From a virus (Duplodnaviria; Caudoviricetes), in IMG/VR virus record IMGVR_UViG_3300020045_001513, positions 1-26,652 of that record: DNA of 26,652 nucleotides, one strand, 5' to 3'. Below are positions 1-8,890 of the stretch, in pieces (within the stretch, counting starts at the first letter, position 1; each line of letters opens with the position of its first letter). The position numbers and the translations under genes are program-made. The notes beneath the pieces are model-generated. The model was not told the origin of the DNA and made no database searches. It was given only the letters and a program-made list of their open reading frames with translations.

Positions 1-138
1 CGCAATTTCAATTTGTTTCTCCGCTATCTCTGCCGTTTTTTCAACGATTTCGGCCTTGCTCTCGGTTTTACCACGGCGATACATAAACACACATATGCCA
101 ATAAACGCAAGAACAAGGCCGAAAATCGCATAGATCAT
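1..138 (-). CDS. Rz-like inner-membrane spanin (partial, runs off the window; not in ORF track)
   Basis: Manual translation MIYAIFGLVLAFIGICVFMYRRGKTESKAEIVEKTAEIAEKQIEIA: N-terminal TM then charged helix. ATG overlaps the holin stop (ATGA). Position after endolysin and holin. Confidence 0.7.
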   Translation of the reverse strand, partial: MIYAIFGLVLAFIGICVFMYRRGKTESKAEIVEKTAEIAEKQIEIA

Positions 139-323
139 TTCTTTACGTCACTATCCGACAGGAGTAGGGAAATAACGCCATACAGAGCCACTCCAGCGGT
201 TGTGATGGCTTCGGTCAATTCAGGCTTCAAAGCTACACCAGCAACGCCAAGAAGGGCTACAAGGCCTTTATATGTTGATGGGTATTTCAGGTAATTAAGC
301 AGTTTAAGAAGGATGGTTTTCAT
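135..323 (-). CDS. Holin (two TM segments)
   Basis: 62 aa, PSTYKGL motif, two hydrophobic stretches, charged C-terminus, AAAGGAG RBS, adjacent to the endolysin. Confidence 0.75.
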   Translation of the reverse strand: MKTILLKLLNYLKYPSTYKGLVALLGVAGVALKPELTEAITTAGVALYGVISLLLSDSDVKK

Positions 324-337
324 CGGTATCTCCTTTG

Positions 338-721
338 TTATGGGTAAAATTTTCTCGAGAGTTCGAAATGTACTAAATCTTTAAAGGTTTCCCAATCCCC
401 ACCATATACAATCGGAACGGATAACTCTTTTGCGGCCTGTTTCATGGCCTTTTCAATCTTATCATAAATCTTTGGTTGCCAAGTGACTTTCCCGCCTACT
501 AATGCCACAAGGTCAACTGCTTTACCAGATAAATGGCGGCTATTCATCGTTGTGCTTGCGCCTGATTTAACCAATTCAGCTTGGCGTGTGACGCTCCGAA
601 GCCCTTCCAATACCATAAAATCAACCTCTGTTATTTCAAGCGCACGTTTAACCACTCGGACTAAATCCTCATGTACACCCTCAAGGTTATTCATGCTGCG
701 CTGCGAAAACTTAAAGGCCAT
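338..721 (-). CDS. Endolysin, M15 family L-Ala-D-Glu peptidase (T5-like)
   Basis: FKFSQRS..L.GVH..L start, EGLRS..RQ, SRHLSGKAVD and GGDW..FKDLVHFEL zinc-peptidase motifs. Confidence 0.92.
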   Translation of the reverse strand: MAFKFSQRSMNNLEGVHEDLVRVVKRALEITEVDFMVLEGLRSVTRQAELVKSGASTTMNSRHLSGKAVDLVALVGGKVTWQPKIYDKIEKAMKQAAKELSVPIVYGGDWETFKDLVHFELSRKFYP

Positions 722-722
722 A

Positions 723-920
723 TTAACCCCTATTAAAGTGGCTTATGAAGTATGTAATCCCTGACCATGCAACAGTGAAAACGAACGTCACCCCACCCAG
801 AAAGCCCTTATAATGGCCTAAATCCTTCTTAACTTCGGAAAGGTCGCTGGACACGTCCTTAATGCTTTTGCCCAACTCATCCAGCTTGTCAGTCAGTAGT
901 TTAAAGGCTTGGTTGTCCAT
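723..920 (-). CDS. Small coiled-coil protein with C-terminal TM (XhlA-like/holin-associated)
   Basis: Heptad N-terminus, single hydrophobic segment FLGGVTFVFTVAWSGITYFI, AAGGGG RBS, directly upstream of the endolysin. Confidence 0.6.
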   Translation of the reverse strand: MDNQAFKLLTDKLDELGKSIKDVSSDLSEVKKDLGHYKGFLGGVTFVFTVAWSGITYFISHFNRG

Positions 921-1077
921 GGTTGTCCCCTTTGGTTGATTGTATCAAAAGACCCATGCGAAAAGCAATAATTTCAAGATCATCTGTATCAATAAAAGGT
1001 GTGCGTTCCCAATGTGAGCCATCCACTAGGGTGGATAAAATACCACTGCCATCTGGGTTAAATTCTATGGTGGTCAT
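901..1077 (-). CDS. Hypothetical protein
   Basis: Start moved to ATG 1077 (MTTIEF), which overlaps the upstream stop as ATGA. Confidence 0.55.
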   Translation of the reverse strand: MTTIEFNPDGSGILSTLVDGSHWERTPFIDTDDLEIIAFRMGLLIQSTKGDNHGQPSL

Positions 1078-1412
1078 ATACTGGTAACTTTCCATTGCTC
1101 AGGAAACGGCCTTTCAACAAAGCCGAAATATTCAGGCGGCAAACGATCCGCCCCTGCTTTGAATTTATCATCATTTCTCAAGCTTGCAAAATAAAACGTA
1201 CTATCAGGGCTTTCTTTAATCATATCCCATGTAATTGTTTTTGCGCTGTTTGGCATATCCTCGCCAGTTAAGGCGTTTTTACCGATTAGCTGACCGTTAG
1301 CAACGGTGTAACCGAGGTCAAGCCAGTACGTCGCAGCCATATCATTAATCGCTGCAAGGCATGCTTCTGCCTGTTTCTGCGTGGGAAATTCTAGGATTAG
1401 ATAGTTGTCCAT
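1074..1412 (-). CDS. Hypothetical protein (possible fibre-associated factor)
   Basis: Start moved to ATG 1412 (MDNYLILEF) with GGGGGA RBS. Follows the LamG-like gene. Confidence 0.65.
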   Translation of the reverse strand: MDNYLILEFPTQKQAEACLAAINDMAATYWLDLGYTVANGQLIGKNALTGEDMPNSAKTITWDMIKESPDSTFYFASLRNDDKFKAGADRLPPEYFGFVERPFPEQWKVTSI

Positions 1413-2128
1413 GTGATCCCCCACTTATCCGCAAGATATGCCCCTAGTAAGTTTTCGTTAGCGGTCGATAAATTAGCAGAGTAAACTAAAACTTCAGCTA
1501 TACCAGCGTCAAGGAAGTTAGAGCCATCAGAAATACCAAAAACAGTCACATCTGATGTAAGGGCATTATTTGTTGCATTTGAGCCATTTGAAACACCGTT
1601 GACCCTAATGATATTGCCTGTAGAATGCGATTTAAAAGATGCGATCGACGGGGTAACTATGCCAGTTGTCGATCCAGTAAGCAAAACCGCCTGATTCTGC
1701 CTTACGATAACAAAGCCTTCTGTAGTTGAGCTTCTTAGATATAAAGCACCGGGAGCAGAGCCAGAAAAGAAAGCCTTTGTTGTTCCCGTATCATCAACTT
1801 GGCATACGATGTAAACGGTATATCCGTTTGTTCTCGATAGTGCTGAAGTAAGTAACATAAAATCGCTAGAACCATCAAAGTCTATAGTGTTTAAGCTGTT
1901 TATAGTGCGAGTTCCTGTTGTCGGTTGGCTCAATCCAATCACCTGTAAGGCGTGGTTATTATTCCCGCTCTTGTCATCCCATTGACTAACGGCTCCAGCA
2001 GTTTGTGTGATTGTCGCAGCGTCCGCAGCGTCAAGCCATAAGGCAATTCCAGCAATATCTAAAGGGGAGAATGGAGTAACCCCACCTCCCCCGTAAACAT
2101 GATGCCTACGTCTGCGAAAAACAGACAT
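1397..2128 (-). CDS. LamG/concanavalin-A-like virion fibre or spike protein
   Basis: PLDIAGIALWLDAAD...VSQWDDKSGNNNHA.Q motif and terminal IAEVLVY...L..YLADKWG, typical of phage LamG-like domains. Confidence 0.75.
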   Translation of the reverse strand: MSVFRRRRHHVYGGGGVTPFSPLDIAGIALWLDAADAATITQTAGAVSQWDDKSGNNNHALQVIGLSQPTTGTRTINSLNTIDFDGSSDFMLLTSALSRTNGYTVYIVCQVDDTGTTKAFFSGSAPGALYLRSSTTEGFVIVRQNQAVLLTGSTTGIVTPSIASFKSHSTGNIIRVNGVSNGSNATNNALTSDVTVFGISDGSNFLDAGIAEVLVYSANLSTANENLLGAYLADKWGITWTTI

Positions 2129-2592
2129 TATTCACCGATCAGGTTTTTAACGTTTGCTCTAGCTGCTGCCAAAGCGTCAAGGATTTTCGCAAGATCTTTT
2201 TCTGCCAAAGACGACTTTTCACCCAGTTCAGCAAGGTTTTTTTCCTTTGCCAGACATTCCGCAGAAAGTGACTTTGATTTGGCTTTAAGAGCCTCGACCT
2301 GTTTTTCAACAATGCTTTTCTGCGCTGTGGCTTCTAGCAATGCCGTAGCTTTTGCGCCCTCAACGATTTCAGTTGCGGCTTTTTTTGCCAAAGCAACTTT
2401 TGCTTGTGATGACTTCTCTTCAGCATCAAGGTTTTCTTTATTGGCGAGCAATTTTGCTACTGCATCCTCAAGCTCTTTTTTGTTCTGCTGAAGGCCAATA
2501 ATAGATTGAATAACATCGTTCGCATCTTGGTAAACTCGCAGGTTAACCAATTCACGCTCAACGATTTGTTTTAGTTTTGAAAGGTCTGCCAT
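2128..2592 (-). CDS. Coiled-coil hypothetical protein
   Basis: 154 aa, A/K/E/L-rich heptads, coupled to both neighbours by TAATG overlaps. Confidence 0.7.
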   Translation of the reverse strand: MADLSKLKQIVERELVNLRVYQDANDVIQSIIGLQQNKKELEDAVAKLLANKENLDAEEKSSQAKVALAKKAATEIVEGAKATALLEATAQKSIVEKQVEALKAKSKSLSAECLAKEKNLAELGEKSSLAEKDLAKILDALAAARANVKNLIGE

Positions 2593-2987
2593 TATCTATC
2601 TCCTACGGCTTTAATAATTACGGTCAATGCGGTTGTTCCATCGCCAGCGGTACAAATTGGGCGAAGGTAACGGTAGCTTTGCAGGACAATGTCACCACCA
2701 GCGGCGGTCTTTGTCCAAGCGTTGCCTAAGTTATCCTCAATCGTTGCCCATTGTGCGTTGGTCGTTCCAGCCGCGTAATCCGTAGGAACGCGTGGATCAT
2801 TTGAACCCTGCAACGTAACAGAACCAGCAGCACCAAACGTGCCGAAAATCTGCGCCGTTACGTCAGTCATTAATCCGCTTTCGAAAAACTGACCGCTGTC
2901 ACCGTTCGCAAGCACCCAAGTTAGAATCGTCATGCCAGCCTTGTGGGTGTCGTTTAAACTCCCCGCTGACCAATTTACTACCGCCAT
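2592..2987 (-). CDS. Small beta-rich virion protein
   Basis: AAGGAG RBS; GTFG...VTLQGSND...RYLRP pattern; lies in the structural operon. Confidence 0.7.
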   Translation of the reverse strand: MAVVNWSAGSLNDTHKAGMTILTWVLANGDSGQFFESGLMTDVTAQIFGTFGAAGSVTLQGSNDPRVPTDYAAGTTNAQWATIEDNLGNAWTKTAAGGDIVLQSYRYLRPICTAGDGTTALTVIIKAVGDR

Positions 2988-3008
2988 TTTTTATCTCCTT
3001 TTGTTAAT

Positions 3009-4370
3009 TTAAACTCGAACATATTCTGTAATGATTACAACACCAGCAGCACCAGCCCAGCCTACGCGCTGACCTGGACCATCTCCACCGCCCCCGCCGC
3101 CGTAGTTTGTACCCGCTGTACCTGTACCAGTATTTCCGCCGATACCGCCACCACCGAAATAAGAACCACCGCCTGATCCACCAAACCCTGAAGGGCTAGC
3201 TGAACCACCAGCGTTACCATTTGAATTTAGGTCTCCGCTTGCACCAACGCCACCAAGAGCGCCAACTAGAGTCACGCTTGCAGAGTTAGTGCCTGTGCTA
3301 CCTACGCCACCCGTAGCCGTAACGATTGCACCAACAGAAGTCGTACCGCCTGTACCGCCTGTACCGCCTGTGTTTGCACCAGCAGTACCACCAGCCCCGA
3401 TAGTTACAGCTTTACTTGCGCCAATTGTAGCAGCCGCAACAGTCTTTCTTGCGTAACCACCACCACCACCACCGCCAGTTCTTGAGCCAGTCGCGGAAGC
3501 ACCTAGACCACCAGAGCCGCCTCCACCGCCAACCACTTCAATCGTGCAATATTCCATGCCAGTTGTTGGGGTGTATGTGCCGCTTGCTGTGAATGTCTGC
3601 ACAACTACGGATGGGACTTTCGTCTGGATTGTTCCGCTTGCCACTACATCTAAAGTAGCGGTTGTTGCGGTTGATAGGCCAGATAGTTGGAAAACAGCCT
3701 GTTTGGTTACATCGCTATTATCTTGAATGGTAAATTCGCTGTCCTTAACGATAATCGTCTTGTTTGTGAGCGTCTGTGTACCCGTCAATGTTGCAACAAA
3801 TGCAGGGATATTGAACAAGCTAGACCACTCATCACCATCGCAAATAATAACGGCACTTTCACCAACGTTTAGAGCTAACGATGCCACGTTATTGATAGTT
3901 TCCGAACCATCTGGGTCAACCGTAACAACACCAGAACCATCATTCCTAACGATGAAGTAGAAACCCTCGTTAATACCTGAAACGGCGGGAAGGGTTAGGG
4001 TGATTGTACCCGTACAAACCAATAAGGCATTGGCGTAGGTATCAACTACAAGAGTGTTAGCAGAAATATCATAAACCACCGCACCGAATGCAGTCGAAGC
4101 CGTACCGCCGATGTTATCCTCTGTGTCGATTGTTACATCAGCCGCAGTCTTAAGAATGAATTTGTAACCACCGTCACCAAGCCAGATTGCAGCACGTCCT
4201 GCGCTGTCTAGAATAACAGGGTTGGCGTTAGCCGTTAAACCGCCGCTATCTGTATAGGTGGCTTTTGGGGTGCTTGTACCAGCTTCATAAGTGTATACCT
4301 TGCCGCCAGCCAAAGGATTGCCGTTATTGTCGAAGTTTTGCCAAAAAACATACGGTGCTAGATTTGCCAT
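3009..4370 (-). CDS. Tail fibre / receptor-binding protein with C-terminal glycine-rich domain
   Basis: N-terminal head-binding-like FDNNGNPLAGGKVYTYEAGT, LTLP..fibre module, TQTLTNKT motif, and FTASGTYTP...VGGGGG...GVVIITEY Gly-rich domain. Confidence 0.85.
   Translation of the reverse strand: MANLAPYVFWQNFDNNGNPLAGGKVYTYEAGTSTPKATYTDSGGLTANANPVILDSAGRAAIWLGDGGYKFILKTAADVTIDTEDNIGGTASTAFGAVVYDISANTLVVDTYANALLVCTGTITLTLPAVSGINEGFYFIVRNDGSGVVTVDPDGSETINNVASLALNVGESAVIICDGDEWSSLFNIPAFVATLTGTQTLTNKTIIVKDSEFTIQDNSDVTKQAVFQLSGLSTATTATLDVVASGTIQTKVPSVVVQTFTASGTYTPTTGMEYCTIEVVGGGGGSGGLGASATGSRTGGGGGGGYARKTVAAATIGASKAVTIGAGGTAGANTGGTGGTGGTTSVGAIVTATGGVGSTGTNSASVTLVGALGGVGASGDLNSNGNAGGSASPSGFGGSGGGSYFGGGGIGGNTGTGTAGTNYGGGGGGDGPGQRVGWAGAAGVVIITEYVRV
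3343..3369. repeat. Perfect 9-bp tandem repeat (GTACCGCCT)x3
   Basis: Read directly. Encodes (TGG)3 in the Gly-rich domain. Confidence 0.9.
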
Positions 4371-6064
4371 TATTGTGTTCCTCTTGGCGTTGTGACTGTA
4401 ACGCGATTAGAATTTTGGATCATTTCGGGGGTTATTTGACCAGACAGCAATTTTTGTTGCTCGGCTTTTTGAATGGCTTTTTCAATCAAGCGCGGGTTTC
4501 TGTTGATTAAAGCCTGATAACCTCTATTTGCCGCCAATGTGGAAGCCGTTGTAATGGGAGCAGCTCCAGCGGCACCCGCACCAAGGCCAAAGATTGCAGC
4601 TTTTTGAACGGTATCTGAACCGCCCAATTCAGGAAGTAACTCGTTTGCTACACGGGCAAGATCGCCAATCTCCCCTGCTTTACCGCGCGTTGCTTGTCTA
4701 CCGTAAATTTTGCCAACTCTGTTATTCAACAAAGACGGGCTAATGTTTCCAGCCTTAGCTTTTTGCGCCAAAGGCTCAATTACAAGAAGGTTTTTGTATT
4801 GCTGTTTTGCCGTTGACAGAATTTGCTTTTCAGCATCATCTCCAGCGGTCATAACATCGATGATAGCGTTTTCTAAATCGTGCATCAATTCACGAGTATC
4901 TGGGTTGCTGGTCTTGCGAGCCAGTTGGTTAGCACGTGATCTTAGAAACGCCAGCTTCTCACCTGAAATAGATCCATCGGGCATAACGTTCTTTGCGACG
5001 ACTGCTAATTCTTTATCGAAGTTATTCAGCGCATCCGCATTATAAACACTTGGCGCATCTCTTAGCACTTCATCGATCTGATCTTTGAAAGACGATTCCA
5101 TGGTAAAGGTCTTGCCCTTGCCAAGGTTGTCGAACATTTTACCCACACGACCAAAAGCGCGATCCATTAACTCGGGTGTAATTCTTTCGGAGTTTTCTCC
5201 AAATGTATTGGTCAATGCGCGGTTGAATGATCTCAATTGCTTATCTCTAAATTCATTCTGACCAGAGAAAGGAAGCTCTTGACTTACTTTCTGAATATTC
5301 TTCATCGCCTTGGAGCCTGTAATCTCATCAAGCGACAATGGGATTTTGTATTTCTTGGCAATGTTAGCGACTTCGAGCAATCCCTCGTCAACCGTTGGAG
5401 CTAGAGCCGAAACTAACGCACCACCGCCAGCAGTTGCAAGAGGAATGGCGGCACCAATAGAACCGCCAAGAATTGCGCCTGATTTAGCCCCCTCTTGACG
5501 TTTTCCTTCTTCAGCAGTTCCTGCACCGTAAATAGCCCCAGTCGTGGCACCCGCACCGCCGCCGATAAGACCTTTGGAGAACAAATTTCCCGCCCTTGCA
5601 GCAAGCCCTTTTGCTTTGGGTAATAGGCCAGAACTAACCCCGCCTGAAACAGCGCTTCCCGCTCTTGTAGATGCACCAGCAACTCCTGTTAATAAGCCAC
5701 CACCAAGACCGGCAGCCAAACTAGTGACTGGGTTTTGCTCTTGTTGTGCAGCTAGTTGTGATTTCGATAATTCTTGACCTTGCTTATAAACATCACCAAA
5801 CTTTTGACCTGTCATTGGGGCGACTACGCCAGCAGCCAAAGCCGATGTTAACTCGTCGCCAAAACCCAAAGTTGCACCCTGCATAGACTGGTCTAATATT
5901 GTCTTTGGAATGCTTTGTTGTGGTGCAGTTTCTTGAATGGCGTTTTGTGGGCTTTTGTCAGCCAATTCAGGGAACTTTTGTTGAATAAGCCCCCTGATCT
6001 GCTCTTTAGGCATATCATCAGGAAAACTAACAATGTCACCGTTAGGCATCCTTACATTTGCCAT
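4370..6064 (-). CDS. DNA ejection protein (P22 gp16 position)
   Basis: 564 aa, Gly/Ala-rich membrane-like segments (QGATLGFGDEL), helical C-terminal half, third of three ejection-protein genes. Confidence 0.7.
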   Translation of the reverse strand: MANVRMPNGDIVSFPDDMPKEQIRGLIQQKFPELADKSPQNAIQETAPQQSIPKTILDQSMQGATLGFGDELTSALAAGVVAPMTGQKFGDVYKQGQELSKSQLAAQQEQNPVTSLAAGLGGGLLTGVAGASTRAGSAVSGGVSSGLLPKAKGLAARAGNLFSKGLIGGGAGATTGAIYGAGTAEEGKRQEGAKSGAILGGSIGAAIPLATAGGGALVSALAPTVDEGLLEVANIAKKYKIPLSLDEITGSKAMKNIQKVSQELPFSGQNEFRDKQLRSFNRALTNTFGENSERITPELMDRAFGRVGKMFDNLGKGKTFTMESSFKDQIDEVLRDAPSVYNADALNNFDKELAVVAKNVMPDGSISGEKLAFLRSRANQLARKTSNPDTRELMHDLENAIIDVMTAGDDAEKQILSTAKQQYKNLLVIEPLAQKAKAGNISPSLLNNRVGKIYGRQATRGKAGEIGDLARVANELLPELGGSDTVQKAAIFGLGAGAAGAAPITTASTLAANRGYQALINRNPRLIEKAIQKAEQQKLLSGQITPEMIQNSNRVTVTTPRGTQ

Positions 6065-7215
6065 TATTTAAAATACTCCGAATAATCAACCGCGCCACTT
6101 TGATCTTGTTGAACTGGCATAGGCTCGTTGCTTGGAAATTCCCCGTACTGCGCCTTATATGCGTTTTTAACCCGCATCAAAGAGCCCTCACGAAGTTTTT
6201 TATACTTCTTCAGTTGATCTCTTAACTGTGACGGGCTTTGCGCTTGATTAAGAGCCGCTGCCGCACTTTGCAATAGACCTAATTCTTTTTCAGAGACCGC
6301 ACCCAAAGCCCCTCCAGTTGGCGAGTTGTCACGCATTTTCTGCAGTGTCGCAAAAGCCGCGTCTGCCTGAATAGTTTCAAGCAACGCCCCTAGATCCGCT
6401 GCAGGTGTGCCGCCAATATCTTTAGTTTTCTGACCAAGATAACCAGAAGAAATAGCGCCAGTTTGCTTAATTGCTTGATCAAGCGTCTCTCTAAGGTTTT
6501 TATCTTGCGCGGTATATTCTGAGAATGACGCCGCTGCCTTGGGTGCGGCTTCCATTCTCTTAGCACCAAGTTCAATATTCGCTTTATTAGCAGCTTTCGC
6601 ACTTTCTTTGGCAATATCAAGCTCTGCTCCGTATTTCTCTAGCTCTTGTTTAGGATTAGCCGCCTGTGGCAGCGTACTTGCTAGATTACCAAAAACATTA
6701 GGAACTTCACTTGGCACGTTAGCTGCATCCGCTTCTGCCAAACCCTGCATCAATTCAGGGCTTGCCATACCCATAGGAGGCGGTACAACCTTACCCAGAG
6801 TGACGTTCTCACCTGTATTTTTAAGCGTAACTTGCTGACCAATCATAGGGTCAGTTTCGCCCTGCGCTGGCGGTACAAAAGGCGCTCCTTGGTTAAGGCT
6901 ATCAAATATAGAACGGTTTTTAGGAAAAGGCATACCAGTTGAAGGGTCAACGGCATTTTGGCTGGTGTTCATAACATCCCAAGCCTTAGCCAGTTCAACG
7001 TCCTTTGGATTTGGCGCACGTCCTGCTTGGCTGTCACGAATAACACGATAGGCCGCGCCCTCGTAATCAGTCTCCGCTGCCTTTGCTTCTTGTGCTTTAA
7101 TCTGTCTTTGTTGCGTTAGTTTGTCAAAGAAGCTTCCGATAGCAGCGTCACGCTTTGCCGCGTTTTGCTGTTGCAATTGCGCACCTTGCAGGAATATGGA
7201 CGGGTCAAGAGCCAT
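6064..7215 (-). CDS. DNA ejection protein (P22 gp20 position)
   Basis: MALDPSIFLQG start, Q/A-rich, LQKMRDNSPTGGALGAVSEKEL motif, synteny. Confidence 0.7.
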   Translation of the reverse strand: MALDPSIFLQGAQLQQQNAAKRDAAIGSFFDKLTQQRQIKAQEAKAAETDYEGAAYRVIRDSQAGRAPNPKDVELAKAWDVMNTSQNAVDPSTGMPFPKNRSIFDSLNQGAPFVPPAQGETDPMIGQQVTLKNTGENVTLGKVVPPPMGMASPELMQGLAEADAANVPSEVPNVFGNLASTLPQAANPKQELEKYGAELDIAKESAKAANKANIELGAKRMEAAPKAAASFSEYTAQDKNLRETLDQAIKQTGAISSGYLGQKTKDIGGTPAADLGALLETIQADAAFATLQKMRDNSPTGGALGAVSEKELGLLQSAAAALNQAQSPSQLRDQLKKYKKLREGSLMRVKNAYKAQYGEFPSNEPMPVQQDQSGAVDYSEYFK

Positions 7216-8441
7216 TAGTGAACCTCTCTAAATTTCACGCCAATCATGTCGTAATTAACAGCCTTGTGACCGTCAATTTCTCCGACCGCTTCAGGTGTGA
7301 TCTTTTCAACTTCTTGCGCCATAACGCCGATGAATTTAGCGTCTGGTTTGCCTTTGTAAGTAAATTCGTAAATCGGATAGCCGTTTTCAAAGCCGACTGA
7401 TTTGATATTTTCTTTGAGGTTTTTATCTGACATTAACCACGCAGATCCAAGGCTTGTACCAGCGTTTAGCAAACTACCAAACATCGAGCCTTTATTCGCC
7501 TGATTAGCTTGGTTTGCAGCCACGATTGAATTACCCATACCAGTATAAAGATCACCCGCACTTGCGGCGTATTGCTGCCCAGCTTGTTGCATTTGCTGAT
7601 TAGTCGTTTGACCGATACCAGCGATACCCGCCAAACGGTTGTAAATGTTTGTTTGGTCGTTGTTGTAACGATCATACGCATTGCCGTATTCTTGCGAAGC
7701 GGATTGTTGACCGTATTCCTGTAGTGCTTTCGCAGCCGCCGGGTTCATCGATCCGAATTGACCTTTTGCCGCCAAGGAACGCTCAAGGGCTTTGTTTCCT
7801 TCGCTTAATCGGAATTGATATCCGGGATCTTCTTGGTATTGATCCATGCCGAAGTTCTGCAACAAAGAACCATATGTTGGATCACTCGTAACCGCAGCGT
7901 TAGCAGTTGTTTGGTCTGCCAATGCTTGTTGAACAGCCGCGTCAAGGCCAGTGTTATCAACCGTACCAGATTGACCCCCGCCGTAGTTTTTCAGGAAGGA
8001 CGTAATATCTTGGTTACGCTTTGAATTATTTGAAAGCTGCGAGCCATGACCGCCATTTGAAGAAGTTGCTTGTAGCAAATCAGGGCGGTAAGTCTCTAGG
8101 GCTGTTTTCTGTTCTGCGCTTAGTGTGGGATTCTTGATCCCCCCAAATGTCGTGGTAAACTTCACATCACCAAGCCCACCCCCACCACCAGCCGAACCGC
8201 CAGTAGTATAGGATGAAGCCAATTCATTTTTATAGTCTTGTGCAGTTTTATTTGTCGTTCCACCAAGACCCATGCGCTGCATAAGAGAATTCAGCCCAGT
8301 TGTGCCAGCTTGATAATATGGCTGGGAACGTGCTACGCCCTCATCATACATTCTCTCCTGAAGGTCTAACGCCTTTTGCCCGTACTCCAGCATTGCCGAA
8401 GGATCAGAACCGCCGCCACCTTTACCGCCACCACTACTCAT
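7215..8441 (-). CDS. DNA transfer/pilot protein (P22 gp7-like) with C-terminal peptidase S74 chaperone domain
   Basis: GGKGG N-terminus, PY..AG..L, DPGYQFRLSEG..ALERS.AAKG, YNRLAGIAGIGQ; C-terminal SDKNLKENI...IYEFTY...GVMAQEV...P.AV...VNY. Confidence 0.82.
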   Translation of the reverse strand: MSSGGGKGGGGSDPSAMLEYGQKALDLQERMYDEGVARSQPYYQAGTTGLNSLMQRMGLGGTTNKTAQDYKNELASSYTTGGSAGGGGGLGDVKFTTTFGGIKNPTLSAEQKTALETYRPDLLQATSSNGGHGSQLSNNSKRNQDITSFLKNYGGGQSGTVDNTGLDAAVQQALADQTTANAAVTSDPTYGSLLQNFGMDQYQEDPGYQFRLSEGNKALERSLAAKGQFGSMNPAAAKALQEYGQQSASQEYGNAYDRYNNDQTNIYNRLAGIAGIGQTTNQQMQQAGQQYAASAGDLYTGMGNSIVAANQANQANKGSMFGSLLNAGTSLGSAWLMSDKNLKENIKSVGFENGYPIYEFTYKGKPDAKFIGVMAQEVEKITPEAVGEIDGHKAVNYDMIGVKFREVH

Positions 8442-8890
8442 TTTGTTCTCCCATCGTAAACAGCCGCAATGCCGATTACTTTCGCACCCATATTCTCTAG
8501 GAAACGAGCTTTTAAATCTCTATTGGCTGGCGTGACAAAGTTAATTTCTAGAACAAGCCCAAAACGATCCGCGACTTCACGCGCTGCAATAGAAAGCAGT
8601 TTAGCGGCTTTGTATGATCTGAATTGTGGCAGGATAAATAACATGTACTCGCCCAATACTGCATCGTTTGAATAAAAAGGCTTGTAAGTCGTTAGACCGT
8701 GGAAGCCTATAATATCACTACCGTTTTCGAGTAGGATGCAGGGCGCGTGTTCCCAGTTTGAGATGATTTTACCCGTTAGCTTTTCACGCGAAACAGTCAC
8801 ATGAGGATTAACCGACAATTCATCTAGCCCCATGATACACAACTCTATTACCTTGTGCAAGTCTTCAAAGGTCGCATATCTTACATTCAT
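8438..8890 (-). CDS. GNAT-fold protein (P22 gp14 / T7 gp13 position)
   Basis: VRYATFEDL start, IIGF strand, LFILPQFR motif-A-like segment, RFLENMG; sits between tail and ejection genes. Confidence 0.7.
   Translation of the reverse strand: MNVRYATFEDLHKVIELCIMGLDELSVNPHVTVSREKLTGKIISNWEHAPCILLENGSDIIGFHGLTTYKPFYSNDAVLGEYMLFILPQFRSYKAAKLLSIAAREVADRFGLVLEINFVTPANRDLKARFLENMGAKVIGIAAVYDGRTK

Noticed and set aside
3009-4370. Diversity-generating retroelement acting on the fibre
   Set aside because: No reverse transcriptase and no template/variable repeat pair seen in the window.
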